NCBI GenBank assembly: GCA_963667665.2
Contig: OY763927.2
Span: 1,504,001 to 1,568,000, forward strand
DNA from: Nitrosopumilus sp.
GTDB lineage: Archaea; Thermoproteota; Nitrososphaeria; Nitrososphaerales; Nitrosopumilaceae
Reading direction: 5' to 3'
DNA length: 64,000 bases
Part shown: positions 50,779 to 60,625 of the stretch, in pieces
Position numbering within the stretch: position 1 is the first letter of the stretch
How the letters are laid out: every line of letters starts with the position of its first letter
The notes under the pieces: generated by a model
Database searches by the model: none
What the model saw: only the letters and a program-made list of their open reading frames with translations
What the model was told of the DNA's origin: nothing
Made by a program: the position numbers and the translations under genes

Positions 50779-51586
50779 TTGATGCTCATAAAATTAGGCA
50801 TAATAGCTGGAATTGTGATCTTGGGAGGCATGATATTCTCCACAGAAATTGGTAACATTTTTCCAACTACGTCAGCCACAGTATTTGATTCTTTAATTGA
50901 TGATGTAGCCAACTTTGGTTCAAAAGCTTCAGATTCTGTAGACCAAAGAATTGATGAATCAATTGATAAAATTGTGGATAAAACAAGTAGTTCCATAACT
51001 AATGAAATCAGTGGAGCTGGAGATAATATTGCTAATGAAATCTCTGAAGCAAAAAAATCATCTCAAAAAACCATTACTGAAGAAATTTCAAATTTTAATC
51101 CTATTGAAGCAATAACAAATATTTTCACAGGTACTTCTGGTTCACCTAGTACAACTTCACCTAGTACAACTTCACCTAGTACAACTTCACCTAGTACAAC
51201 TTCACCTAGTACAACTTCACCTAGTACAACTTCACCTAGTACAACTTCACCTAGTACAACTTCACCAATAACCTATGAGACATTATCTTTATCTACTAAA
51301 CAACAATCAGATGACAATATTCTTCTTCAATATTCTTCTTCAATATTCTGATTCAAGTGGTAAAACACAAAGTGTTAGTGTTGTGATTAGAACTGAACAA
51401 AAAGAAATTTTTTCTGGCACATTTTTCACTTCAATGTTTGAAACTACTGTAAATGATGCATCTGGAATTCCTTACTATGTAGACATGGTTGTTGAACATG
51501 AAGATTATGGTACAATCAATTCATCAGTGTTTAATTCTGGGGATGACTCTGACACAAAAATTAATGGTATATTTTCACAACCATAA
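50779..51586 (+). pseudogene. membrane-anchored Ser/Thr/Pro-repeat protein, frameshifted by a 13-bp duplication
   Basis: CAATATTCTTCTT duplicated at 51315-51340; removing one copy joins ...DDNILLQY to SDSSGKTQ... through the stop at 51586. Confidence 0.75.
51141..51266 (+). repeat. 15-bp tandem repeat x8 encoding SPSTT
   Basis: TTCACCTAGTACAAC x8 perfect copies plus a partial copy. Confidence 0.95.
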
Positions 51587-51587
51587 T

Positions 51588-52316
51588 TTAATTTTCTTTA
51601 AACATTGAGACAAATTTTGGCAGTGTAACTGCACTAGTATTTCTTATAACTAAATCCATTTCTGATGACATTTCAGTATTTTCTGGATTAACTTCAATCA
51701 ATATTGCTTTATTTTGTTTTGCATAGATTGGTAGTGTATTTGCAGGTGATACAACTAGAGATGTGCCAGCAATTATCATCAAATCACATTCACTTGCAAA
51801 AATCATAGCTTTTTGCCATACATCTTGTGGTAGAGATTCTCCAAACCAAACAACATTTGGCCTAAGTATATTTCCACACTTGCATAAGGGAGGAATTTCA
51901 GAAAATTCAGTTAATATTTCATCTTTAAAATCACAAACTGAACACTTGATTTTTACAATACTTCCATGTAATTCCAACACTTCTGAGCTTCCAGCCTTTT
52001 GATGAAGGCCATCAATATTCTGAGTTAATACCACAACTTTGACATATTTTTCAAGTTCAGCAATTACTTTGTGACCTAGATTTGGTTGTGCAGCAAAGAT
52101 ATTCTTCCTTCTTTCATTATACCACTCCCAAACCAATTTTGGATTATCATAAAATGCGTCAATAGTAGCTAATTTCATTGCATCATAGTTTCTCCATAAT
52201 CCATCTTTTCCTCTAAATGTGGGGATTCCACTTTCTTGTGATATTCCAGCCCCTGTTACAAATGCAATTTTTTTAATATCTTTTATGTGATCTTTAATTG
52301 ATTCAAACATTTTCAT
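51588..52316 (-). CDS. cobB: NAD-dependent deacylase (sirtuin)
   Basis: TGAGISQESGIPTFRG, TQNIDGLH, HGS, GTS. Confidence 0.95.
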   Translation of the reverse strand: MKMFESIKDHIKDIKKIAFVTGAGISQESGIPTFRGKDGLWRNYDAMKLATIDAFYDNPKLVWEWYNERRKNIFAAQPNLGHKVIAELEKYVKVVVLTQNIDGLHQKAGSSEVLELHGSIVKIKCSVCDFKDEILTEFSEIPPLCKCGNILRPNVVWFGESLPQDVWQKAMIFASECDLMIIAGTSLVVSPANTLPIYAKQNKAILIEVNPENTEMSSEMDLVIRNTSAVTLPKFVSMFKEN

Positions 52317-53212
52317 TTAATTTCTATTTCTAAAAGATCTCTTGCAGTTGTTACTGAATTATGAATTTCTTCTGCTTCTTTCAAATGTCTAACTTCATCT
52401 TTGTATCTAGCTGAAAAATGTGTTAGAATTAAATTTTTTACTTTTGCATTTTTTCCTAAAGTTGCAGCTTGCTTAGCAGTAGAATGACACGTATCTTGTG
52501 CTCTTTCTCTTTCTTCATCAAGAAATGTAGAATCAAATACTAGATAATCACAATTTTCAAAAAATTTTTCTAATTCTTTAGTAGGCATTGTATCACCTGA
52601 AATTCCTATTTTTTTACCTGGACGTTTTTTTCCTAACACCTGTTCTGGTTTTATTATTTTTTCATTTATGGTAATTTCATTTCCATTTTGTAATTTATTC
52701 CATAATTCGCCTTCTGGTATGCCTAATTCCTTGGCTTTTTCAACATTAAATCTTCCAGGTTTATCTTTTTCTTCCAACAAATATGAAAATGCTGTAACTG
52801 AGTGATTTGCTTTGCATGCATATATTGAAAATTTTCCATTCTCAAAAATTTTTCCTTCTTTGATAATAGTAATTAAAACAGGAAATGATAACCCAAAATT
52901 TAATATTTTTATATTTGCTGCAATAAATTCATCAATTCCACTTGGACCAAAAATTTCTAAAGTTTCAGTTCTTTTTTGCATAGACATTGTTTGTAATAAT
53001 CCTAGAATTCCTACACAATGATCTCCATGTAGATGTGTAACAAACATTTTCATTTTCTTGTTCCATCCTAAACCTGATTTCATATAGGAAATTTGTGCAG
53101 CTTCCCCTGCATCAAACATTAAGATCTCTCCATCTCTTTCTAAACAAATACAAGATAGTCCCCTGTTTTCAGTGGGTTGAGATGCTGATGTTCCTAAAAA
53201 TACAAGTTTCAT
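52313..53212 (-). CDS. rnz: ribonuclease Z
   Basis: THLHGDH, exosite GIPEG, SGDT, HST, THFSARY. Confidence 0.95.
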   Translation of the reverse strand: MKLVFLGTSASQPTENRGLSCICLERDGEILMFDAGEAAQISYMKSGLGWNKKMKMFVTHLHGDHCVGILGLLQTMSMQKRTETLEIFGPSGIDEFIAANIKILNFGLSFPVLITIIKEGKIFENGKFSIYACKANHSVTAFSYLLEEKDKPGRFNVEKAKELGIPEGELWNKLQNGNEITINEKIIKPEQVLGKKRPGKKIGISGDTMPTKELEKFFENCDYLVFDSTFLDEERERAQDTCHSTAKQAATLGKNAKVKNLILTHFSARYKDEVRHLKEAEEIHNSVTTARDLLEIEIK

Positions 53213-54156
53213 TTAATCAAAATTGTCCTTGTCAAGCTTTTATGCCTATAGATTTCATATTTCTTTAATCCACTTAACTTCAAATTACTAGCTAATTCTT
53301 TTTTGTACATAATTGCTATTTTCTTACGTTTGGGCATAATTGAAAAAAATTTCTTTAGGATTTCTTCGGGTTTTTCTGATGCTTTTGATGCTCTACCATA
53401 TGGTAAGTCAGTGACAATTCCATCAAACTTTCCGGAGAGCTTTGAGAATTCTTGAAAATCTGATTTCAAAATCTTTGATTTATACCCATTTACCTTGAGA
53501 TTTTCTTTTGAAATTTCATACATTTTTTCATCAAAATCTAATCCAATTGCATGAATACCCATAGATTCAGCCTCCAAAAGTGTAGTTCCAGTACCACAAA
53601 ATGGATCACATACAGTTTCTCCTTCTTTTAACCCAATCAGGTTTATCATAACTCTTGTCAATTTCCAATCCAATTCATGAGGATATTTTTTAATTTTTTT
53701 GGGTCTGATTTTTTCTTTAATTCGTTCTGAAAATCCAAAAAAGTTTTCATTTTCTGTAAAAATTAAATATATTGTAATGTCAGGATCTTCCAAATCTACT
53801 TTTGCATGAGAGAATTTTGATATCATATCTCCCATAGAGCTTTCTAATTCTGGAATATTGAATTGTTTTGATGATAAATTAATTATTCTACACACAAAGG
53901 TCTTTGCATTTTTTAATACTTCAAAATTATCCTCATTTAAAAATAATCCTGACATCTTCCGTAATATTTGTCCAGAAACTTTAACAAATGAAGCACGCTT
54001 TGTAATTTCAATCCAATTTGTTTTTGATTGGATGATTATCAAATTAGAAATTACTTTAACTTTAGAAAATCTATCATACATTTTTGATAATGCAATTATT
54101 TCATCAGTTGCAAGCTCTAGATAATCTTTAGATAAAATAAAAAAACTTTCTGGCAT
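53209..54156 (-). CDS. THUMP-domain SAM-dependent tRNA methyltransferase (Trm11-like)
   Basis: DPFCGTGT, TDLPYG. Confidence 0.82.
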   Translation of the reverse strand: MPESFFILSKDYLELATDEIIALSKMYDRFSKVKVISNLIIIQSKTNWIEITKRASFVKVSGQILRKMSGLFLNEDNFEVLKNAKTFVCRIINLSSKQFNIPELESSMGDMISKFSHAKVDLEDPDITIYLIFTENENFFGFSERIKEKIRPKKIKKYPHELDWKLTRVMINLIGLKEGETVCDPFCGTGTTLLEAESMGIHAIGLDFDEKMYEISKENLKVNGYKSKILKSDFQEFSKLSGKFDGIVTDLPYGRASKASEKPEEILKKFFSIMPKRKKIAIMYKKELASNLKLSGLKKYEIYRHKSLTRTILIK

Positions 54157-55037
54157 TACATTATTGCCTTTGTAATTGTATTAGAAACATCAACAACTGA
54201 TGTTTTACCTGGAATTGTATTTGTACTAACAATACTTGTAACTCCTGCTTTTCTTATCTTCTTTTCAGCATCATTCATTAAAAGAGCATGAGTACATGCA
54301 ACATACACTCTCTTACATTTTTGTTTTTTAAGAAATTGTGTTGCCTTGATGATACTTCCTCCAGTACTAATCATATCATCAACCAAAATTAGATCTCTAC
54401 CAACAACTGTATCTGAATTTTTTGTTTTAATTTGCACTTTGCCTGTTTTTTTATCTCTTTTTTTCTCTAGAGCAATATACTTTGTTCCAAATTCTTTTGC
54501 AAATTCTTTTGCTCTATTTTTTCCTCCTTGATCAGGAGAAACAACTAAAGGGTTTTTCAGGCTCAATTTCTTGAAATATTTCACAAGATCTGGAATTGCA
54601 GTGACGTTCTTTGATTTGATAGTAAAATGCTTGAGACCTATTGCACTGTGAATATCAACAGCAATTATTTTTGATGCACCAACTCCTTTAAACAATTTTG
54701 CAAGAACTTTCATCGTAATAATTTCACCAGGTAAAAATTCTCTGTCTTGTCTTGCATATCCCATATATGGAATTACAGCAATTACTTCAGATGATGTTTC
54801 TTTTGCTTTTGAAATTAATGATAATGCTTGAACTAGATTTGTATCAACAGGAGGATAAATTGATTGTACAACAATGGACTTTCTTTTAGATAGATTTCCT
54901 TTAAGAGTGATCTTGCTTTCTCTATCAGGAAAAACTCTAACTTCTGATTTTACAAGATTAGCTTTTAATTTTTTTGATAATTTTTTAGCTAGTTCTTCTG
55001 AAGATTTTCCTGAAATAACTGATATCTTACTCAACAA
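54156..55037 (-). CDS. prs: ribose-phosphate pyrophosphokinase
   Basis: PYMGYARQD, SPDQGG, VDDMISTGGS. Confidence 0.95.
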   Translation of the reverse strand: MLSKISVISGKSSEELAKKLSKKLKANLVKSEVRVFPDRESKITLKGNLSKRKSIVVQSIYPPVDTNLVQALSLISKAKETSSEVIAVIPYMGYARQDREFLPGEIITMKVLAKLFKGVGASKIIAVDIHSAIGLKHFTIKSKNVTAIPDLVKYFKKLSLKNPLVVSPDQGGKNRAKEFAKEFGTKYIALEKKRDKKTGKVQIKTKNSDTVVGRDLILVDDMISTGGSIIKATQFLKKQKCKRVYVACTHALLMNDAEKKIRKAGVTSIVSTNTIPGKTSVVDVSNTITKAIM

Positions 55038-55076
55038 GAAAATGTGATTTAATGTGATTCTTAAGTTTTGAGAAAA

Positions 55077-56801
55077 TCAATCTTCTTCTGCTGAACCTTC
55101 AGTTTTCTTAGTGCCATATTCCTTTACCACTTGGTCACGCATTTTATCTAATTTTCCAATCTCATCTGCTTCTCTTTTCTCATCGCCTTGGTATACTGTT
55201 CTAATAGGCCATGGAATTCTGATATCATACTCTTTGAATTCTTGATACATGATTGTTCTCATTTCACTTTTCATTTTAAACTGAGAACCATAATCTCGCA
55301 CAAACACTCTAAGTGCAAAATCAAGTGCTGAATCATTAAAACTGTTAAACCTTACAACAGGATCGCCTACATCTACATGTATTTCTTTATCACATCCACA
55401 ACTTGGTTTGTGTTCATCAAGATATGGACATCTTTTCTGTCTGGCTAGATGGTTACCTTGTCCATCTTTAACTTCTTTCATGGCTCGTTTACCTATCTTC
55501 ATTAGAATTGCTTCAACTTGTACAGGATCATTTAGATATGAAACTCCAACCTCAACAACTGCAGGAACAAGCTTGAATTCCTTTGTAAAGTTGATTATTT
55601 CTTCTGAGACAATTTGTTTTGTAGGAATAATTGCCAAAGATTCGTTGAGACCGTGTCTAACATAGGTTACTCTAGGTGTAATTTTGAATACTAAACCTGT
55701 ATATCCACTTGGCAAAGTAACCCTATCACCTTCTTTGATTACTCTGTCTTTCTTTATCATGATATATGCAAAATAATTTTCCATTGTTTCTTTTAGTGCT
55801 AGTCCTATACCAAGTGCCATTCCTCCAGTTGCAGTTGCCAAAACTACCAAATCTACTCCCCACCATGTAACTATACCAAGTATTGTTGCGACAAAAATTC
55901 CTATTGGAAGAACTTGTTTTGCAGATTTTGGAACTCCTTCTTTTTGTTTTCTTGCATATCCTGGTGGTCTTGAACTTGGAATTAATGGACTAAAGTTATT
56001 TTGTCTCTTTTGTTCTCGCCATATATCTATAGGATAAATTTCATCTGGAGAAGCACCAGGTTTCAGTTTTTGTCCTGACTGATTGCTTCCAGTGATACAA
56101 TTTTCAAAATATTTTTCATATTTTACTCTCTCTGATTTTTGCCATTCTTCAAATGGATCATCTACTAGTTTCTTGTAACTACCAATAGGTAAACCTCTGG
56201 AAGTACGGTATTTTTCAAGAAATTCTAAACCATCATCTGTTTGAATATATTTTTGAAATTCCTCATCGTTCATATCGTAAGGAGTAGTCTGAGGTGGAAT
56301 CCATTTGAAACATTTATGGAATAAATCATCATCATCTGCAAATCCTTGCATGTCATTCCATTGTTCATAATCTTCTCTTTCCAGAATCAATTTGTCACGT
56401 TTTGTTAAAGCAATTGGAATTAGGTGTGATATTGTCCAACCAATTACTAGTATGTTAATAGAATCAAGAAGTTTTGCAAATTTTTCAGCACCATCTGATC
56501 CATCTTCAATCTCTTTCTCAAATAGATCGGCAGTTTGTATGTATACATTAATGGATGATACTAAAGCTATTGCAAAAAATGGTAGTACTGCCTTGCGAAC
56601 AAATCTAGAAAAATGTGGTCGTGTATAGTTTAATTTTTGCGAAGAAACCCAATGTGAAAATTTACGATAAACTATCCCGATAACTACCAAACCAATGATT
56701 AAAAGAACAGAGGCTAGTTGAAGAGACTCTGATGAAGCTAAAAGCTGAGGTATTGTTTCAAATTCTCCTACAGAAATTCCTGCAGATTCATGCTCAGCCA
56801 T
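55077..56801 (-). CDS. MscS-family mechanosensitive channel with large insertion
   Basis: TM helices, EGDRV, FNDSALDF, IRIPWP. Confidence 0.85.
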   Translation of the reverse strand: MAEHESAGISVGEFETIPQLLASSESLQLASVLLIIGLVVIGIVYRKFSHWVSSQKLNYTRPHFSRFVRKAVLPFFAIALVSSINVYIQTADLFEKEIEDGSDGAEKFAKLLDSINILVIGWTISHLIPIALTKRDKLILEREDYEQWNDMQGFADDDDLFHKCFKWIPPQTTPYDMNDEEFQKYIQTDDGLEFLEKYRTSRGLPIGSYKKLVDDPFEEWQKSERVKYEKYFENCITGSNQSGQKLKPGASPDEIYPIDIWREQKRQNNFSPLIPSSRPPGYARKQKEGVPKSAKQVLPIGIFVATILGIVTWWGVDLVVLATATGGMALGIGLALKETMENYFAYIMIKKDRVIKEGDRVTLPSGYTGLVFKITPRVTYVRHGLNESLAIIPTKQIVSEEIINFTKEFKLVPAVVEVGVSYLNDPVQVEAILMKIGKRAMKEVKDGQGNHLARQKRCPYLDEHKPSCGCDKEIHVDVGDPVVRFNSFNDSALDFALRVFVRDYGSQFKMKSEMRTIMYQEFKEYDIRIPWPIRTVYQGDEKREADEIGKLDKMRDQVVKEYGTKKTEGSAEED

Positions 56802-56956
56802 ATCTACTCAATTAAATCACAGTTTAATATAGAATACAAAGTTAACTTCTGTTATCATTATTGATTGAAATTTTCATCAAACTCTTGATAAATTCAAAAA
56901 TTTTTACGCGTAATTAGTCTGTAACCTTTAACAAGGGTTTATGCACTATTTACAAA

Positions 56957-58303
56957 ATGACCCATCAAGAATCAATTTGGAGTGATTCACCATCACTAAA
57001 ATCATATACATTAGCAAATTTTCGTAGTCTTCCACAAATTCAGAATCTTTCTGAAGAAACTCGATTTGAGATGGAAGTTGTAGGAAATGTTCTACCCTTT
57101 AAAGCAAACAACTACGTTGTTGAACAATTAATTGATTGGAATAATATTCCAAACGATCCAATGTATGTTTTGACTTTTCCTCAAAAAGGAATGTTAAAAC
57201 CAGAACATTATGAAAAAATGGCAACTCTTTTAAAAAATAATCCTGACAAAAAAGAAATTGCATCTATTGCAAATGAAATTCGTTTACAACTAAATCCACA
57301 TCCTGCAGGACAAATGGAACTTAATGTTCCAACACTAAAGGATGGAACCAAGTTGTATGGCATGCAACACAAATACAAGGAAACTTGTCTCTTCTTTCCA
57401 AGTCAAAGTCAAACTTGTCATGCTTACTGTACCTTTTGTTTTAGATGGCCACAATTTGTTGGAATGGATGAAATGAAATTTGCAATGCGAGAGGGAGAAC
57501 AACTTGTACAATATGTTTCAGAACATCCAGAAATTAGTGATGTACTCTTTACAGGTGGTGATCCAATGATTATGAATGCAAAAATGTTTTCCAAATACAT
57601 TGATACTTTAATTGATTCTAAACTTCCAAATCTTAAAACAATTAGAATCGGAACTAAAGCCCTTTCTTATTGGCCTTACAAATTTTTAACAGATTCTGAC
57701 TCGCAAGAAATGTTAGGCATTTTTAGAAAGATTACTGATAACGGATTACATCTAGCAATTATGGGTCACTTTAATCATCTAAATGAATTATCAACAGATG
57801 CTGTAAAATCTGCAATTAAAGAAGTTAGAAAAACTGGTGCTGAAATTAGAACGCAATCTCCACTTTTAGCACACATAAATGATGATGCAGAAATGTGGAC
57901 AAAGATGTGGACAAAACAAGTTCAATTAGGATGTATTCCGTACTACATGTTTGTAGTTAGAGATACTGGTGCTCAAGACTACTTTGGAATTCCTCTAGTC
58001 AAAGCATATGAAATTTTTAGTAAAGCCTATTCTTCTGTAAGTGGATTAGCAAGAACCGTTCGTGGACCTAGTATGTCTGCAACTCCAGGAAAAGTGCAGG
58101 TTGTTGGAACTACCACTATCCATGAACAAAAAGTAATAATTCTGAGATTTTTGCAGGGTAGAAATCCTAATTGGGTACATGAACCATTCTTTGCAAAATA
58201 TGATGAAAATGCAATTTGGTTAGATGATTTGAAACCAGCATTTACTGAAAAATTTTTCTTTGAAGATGAATTAAATGATATCAAAATATCAAAAATGAAT
58301 TAG
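56957..58303 (+). CDS. KamA-family radical SAM aminomutase
   Basis: QHKY, CHAYCTFCFR, LFTGGDP, IRIGTK, HFNH, PYY. Confidence 0.88.
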   Translation: MTHQESIWSDSPSLKSYTLANFRSLPQIQNLSEETRFEMEVVGNVLPFKANNYVVEQLIDWNNIPNDPMYVLTFPQKGMLKPEHYEKMATLLKNNPDKKEIASIANEIRLQLNPHPAGQMELNVPTLKDGTKLYGMQHKYKETCLFFPSQSQTCHAYCTFCFRWPQFVGMDEMKFAMREGEQLVQYVSEHPEISDVLFTGGDPMIMNAKMFSKYIDTLIDSKLPNLKTIRIGTKALSYWPYKFLTDSDSQEMLGIFRKITDNGLHLAIMGHFNHLNELSTDAVKSAIKEVRKTGAEIRTQSPLLAHINDDAEMWTKMWTKQVQLGCIPYYMFVVRDTGAQDYFGIPLVKAYEIFSKAYSSVSGLARTVRGPSMSATPGKVQVVGTTTIHEQKVIILRFLQGRNPNWVHEPFFAKYDENAIWLDDLKPAFTEKFFFEDELNDIKISKMN

Positions 58304-58371
58304 AGTTTATCAATAGTGTAATAACCTACAAGTATAGGAATCATGAAAAATTAATCTAGTTGGTGTAAGGT

Positions 58372-59523
58372 ATGGTAGAAAACAATTATGATATTCTAAA
58401 AATCGTGGAAGGTTCAACTAGGAAAGAAATTAGAGATGCATTTAGACGATTAGCTCTTCAATTTCATTCAGATCGTGGAGGAGAAAATGAACAATTCATC
58501 AAAATTAAACAAGCATATGAGGATCTCAAAATTGGTAAGAAATATCCTGATACAGACATTGAAAAAATAAGAAATTCACACGTATATTCTGATGAATCTG
58601 AAGCTGATGTTAAAAGAAAAAATCAGATTCTAGGTCAGCAATTATCCAAAGAAATGAAAACTGCTGAAGAATGGGCAGCAGCCTTGAACAAATCAAACTC
58701 AACTGCAACAAGATTATTTGGATCAAAAACTCTTGGGGAAATTGAACTAGAAAGAAAAGCAACAGGTGCTTTGTCAATAAAAGGAAATTTTATGGCAGGA
58801 AATCTAACATATGATGGTCCAATAGTAATGCAAGGAAGTATAACTAGTCCCTCATGGACACAAGAATTCAAAACAAACATACATCTAACTAAAGGAGATT
58901 TTAAATTTGTTAATCCTTTAGAAACTAAATTCAAAATTGAGAATGGCGCTAGAATTATTGCAGATAACGGGGATGTTATAATTGGAAATATCTATGGCAG
59001 AAAATTTAAAATTGCAGACAAAGTAAAAGTTGGTGTATTTCAAATTCAGGAACATAGAACACACATTTCAGCTCCAAATGGAAAAATTATTGCTGAAAAT
59101 GTTGTCAATACAGTTTCACTAGATGCTGATACAATTATTGTTCTAAATGTAGAAGATGATGTAATATTATCTGGACGTGAAATTTTATTTTATGGAGGAA
59201 AATTTACACATGATTCTGTAATTGAATTAAAACATGGTGGCTCAATACGATTTTTTGAAAACTTTTCAATTCAAGGATTAAGTGGTGATGCAATAATCAA
59301 ACTTGAAAATGGCAAACAAATTCGATTGTTTGATCTAAAAACTAAAAAAATCAAAGATCTAGCTGATGAATTTATACCTAACAAGGAAAACTATGGAAAA
59401 GATGCTACTATGATTGGATATGGATTTACAATTACATATGATATGTTAGATAATCTTTCAAAGAAACCAACTAAAAAACAAAAAAGTGGTTGGGCATCAA
59501 AATTTGGTTTTTCTAAAAACTAA
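58372..59523 (+). CDS. J-domain protein with beta-rich C-terminal region
   Basis: YDILKI, IRDAFRRLALQFHSDRGG, FIKIKQAYEDL. Confidence 0.8.
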   Translation: MVENNYDILKIVEGSTRKEIRDAFRRLALQFHSDRGGENEQFIKIKQAYEDLKIGKKYPDTDIEKIRNSHVYSDESEADVKRKNQILGQQLSKEMKTAEEWAAALNKSNSTATRLFGSKTLGEIELERKATGALSIKGNFMAGNLTYDGPIVMQGSITSPSWTQEFKTNIHLTKGDFKFVNPLETKFKIENGARIIADNGDVIIGNIYGRKFKIADKVKVGVFQIQEHRTHISAPNGKIIAENVVNTVSLDADTIIVLNVEDDVILSGREILFYGGKFTHDSVIELKHGGSIRFFENFSIQGLSGDAIIKLENGKQIRLFDLKTKKIKDLADEFIPNKENYGKDATMIGYGFTITYDMLDNLSKKPTKKQKSGWASKFGFSKN

Positions 59524-59591
59524 ATATCTCACAACGCACATCTAATACTAAGAATATCTAAAATAAGAAAAAGAAATTAAATTGAACTAAT

Positions 59592-59891
59592 CTAATCGAT
59601 TAATTCAGTCCAACCTTTGATGAAGACTGAGCTCCTGTAGAGTGGAACTGGTTGTCCGACAGTAAAGTCCATTGGTCTCATCCAAAAGATTGCTTTAGTT
59701 GGGCATACACCTATGCATGCTCCATCTGTGATGCATCTTTCTGGATAAAATACAAATGCTTTACCTCTCTTCCAGCCTTCAACTGGCTTTACTCTAAGGA
59801 CATCTGGACCAAGAGTTGTACAGATTTCTACACAAAGTGCACATCCGATACACATCTGTTCACTGATGTCTGGAAGTATTGCTACTGGCAT
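59592..59891 (-). CDS. 4Fe-4S dicluster ferredoxin
   Basis: CIGCALCVEIC and CITDGACIGVCP. Confidence 0.92.
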   Translation of the reverse strand: MPVAILPDISEQMCIGCALCVEICTTLGPDVLRVKPVEGWKRGKAFVFYPERCITDGACIGVCPTKAIFWMRPMDFTVGQPVPLYRSSVFIKGWTELID

Positions 59892-59984
59892 TATGAAATC
59901 ATTCCTTGATTTGGTCTTTATATAATTATCCTAAAAATATCAAGTTATAACGGTGTTTTAAATTTGATCGCACCAAAATCCAAA

Positions 59985-60599
59985 TCAACTGTTTTCTTGT
60001 TCTATTTTGAATATCTTTGAATTTGCATCTTCCAAAGTACTGATCACTAAATCATTTTTAATTTTTTTTAAGAAAAAAACTCCTGTTTTTTCTGATTTTA
60101 TGATTTGTTTCCCTCCTGGAGATAATATCCATTCATTGTTTTCTTTCTTTCGTGCCATTGCAACTATAACAATAGATGAACTTGTTTGTTTTCCAACAGA
60201 CGCAAGTAACATAATACATGAATTGATGAATCTTGCAGATTCAAGATCATCAAACATATTGTAAACTCCATTGAATGAATCAATTACAACTAGGAATTCC
60301 TCCTTTGACACTTTAGTTATGATCTCTAATAATTCCTTCTTCCAACTTTCTTTGTCAGGATGAAAAATTGTTACATTATTTTTTTTCTGAATCATTCCAG
60401 ATTCAATATATCCTGTGTAAAGCAAATCCATATCTACAAAAATAATTGGATTTTTGATAGAATTGATTAGCCTGTTAAGAAATTCCGCTTTATCAAAAGG
60501 TTCTGAACATAACACTATACTTGGTAGGTTTTGCCTAAATTCATTTTGAATATGTGTTAAATTATTATCTAAAACCCTCTCAGGACTTTTATCCAACAC
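59985..60599 (-). CDS. hypothetical protein, degenerate RecA-like fold
   Basis: IIFVDMD and VVIDS Walker-B-like motifs; no intact Walker A. Confidence 0.6.
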   Translation of the reverse strand: MLDKSPERVLDNNLTHIQNEFRQNLPSIVLCSEPFDKAEFLNRLINSIKNPIIFVDMDLLYTGYIESGMIQKKNNVTIFHPDKESWKKELLEIITKVSKEEFLVVIDSFNGVYNMFDDLESARFINSCIMLLASVGKQTSSSIVIVAMARKKENNEWILSPGGKQIIKSEKTGVFFLKKIKNDLVISTLEDANSKIFKIEQENS

Positions 60600-60625
60600 T
60601 ACTTTAGCATTTTACAGATATAATA

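Noticed and set aside
51141-51266. Possible CRISPR array
   Set aside because: Contiguous 15-bp units without spacers, in frame within an ORF, and no cas genes in the window
51588-52316. Sirtuin as a SIR2 defence effector
   Set aside because: Canonical CobB-type deacylase within a housekeeping operon (prs, methyltransferase, rnz)
2443-60264. Many short ORFs antisense to or nested in long genes (e.g. 2819-3079, 10241-10597, 30745-31134, 36462-36824, 59652-59909)
   Set aside because: They overlap well-supported genes and have the composition of shadow frames
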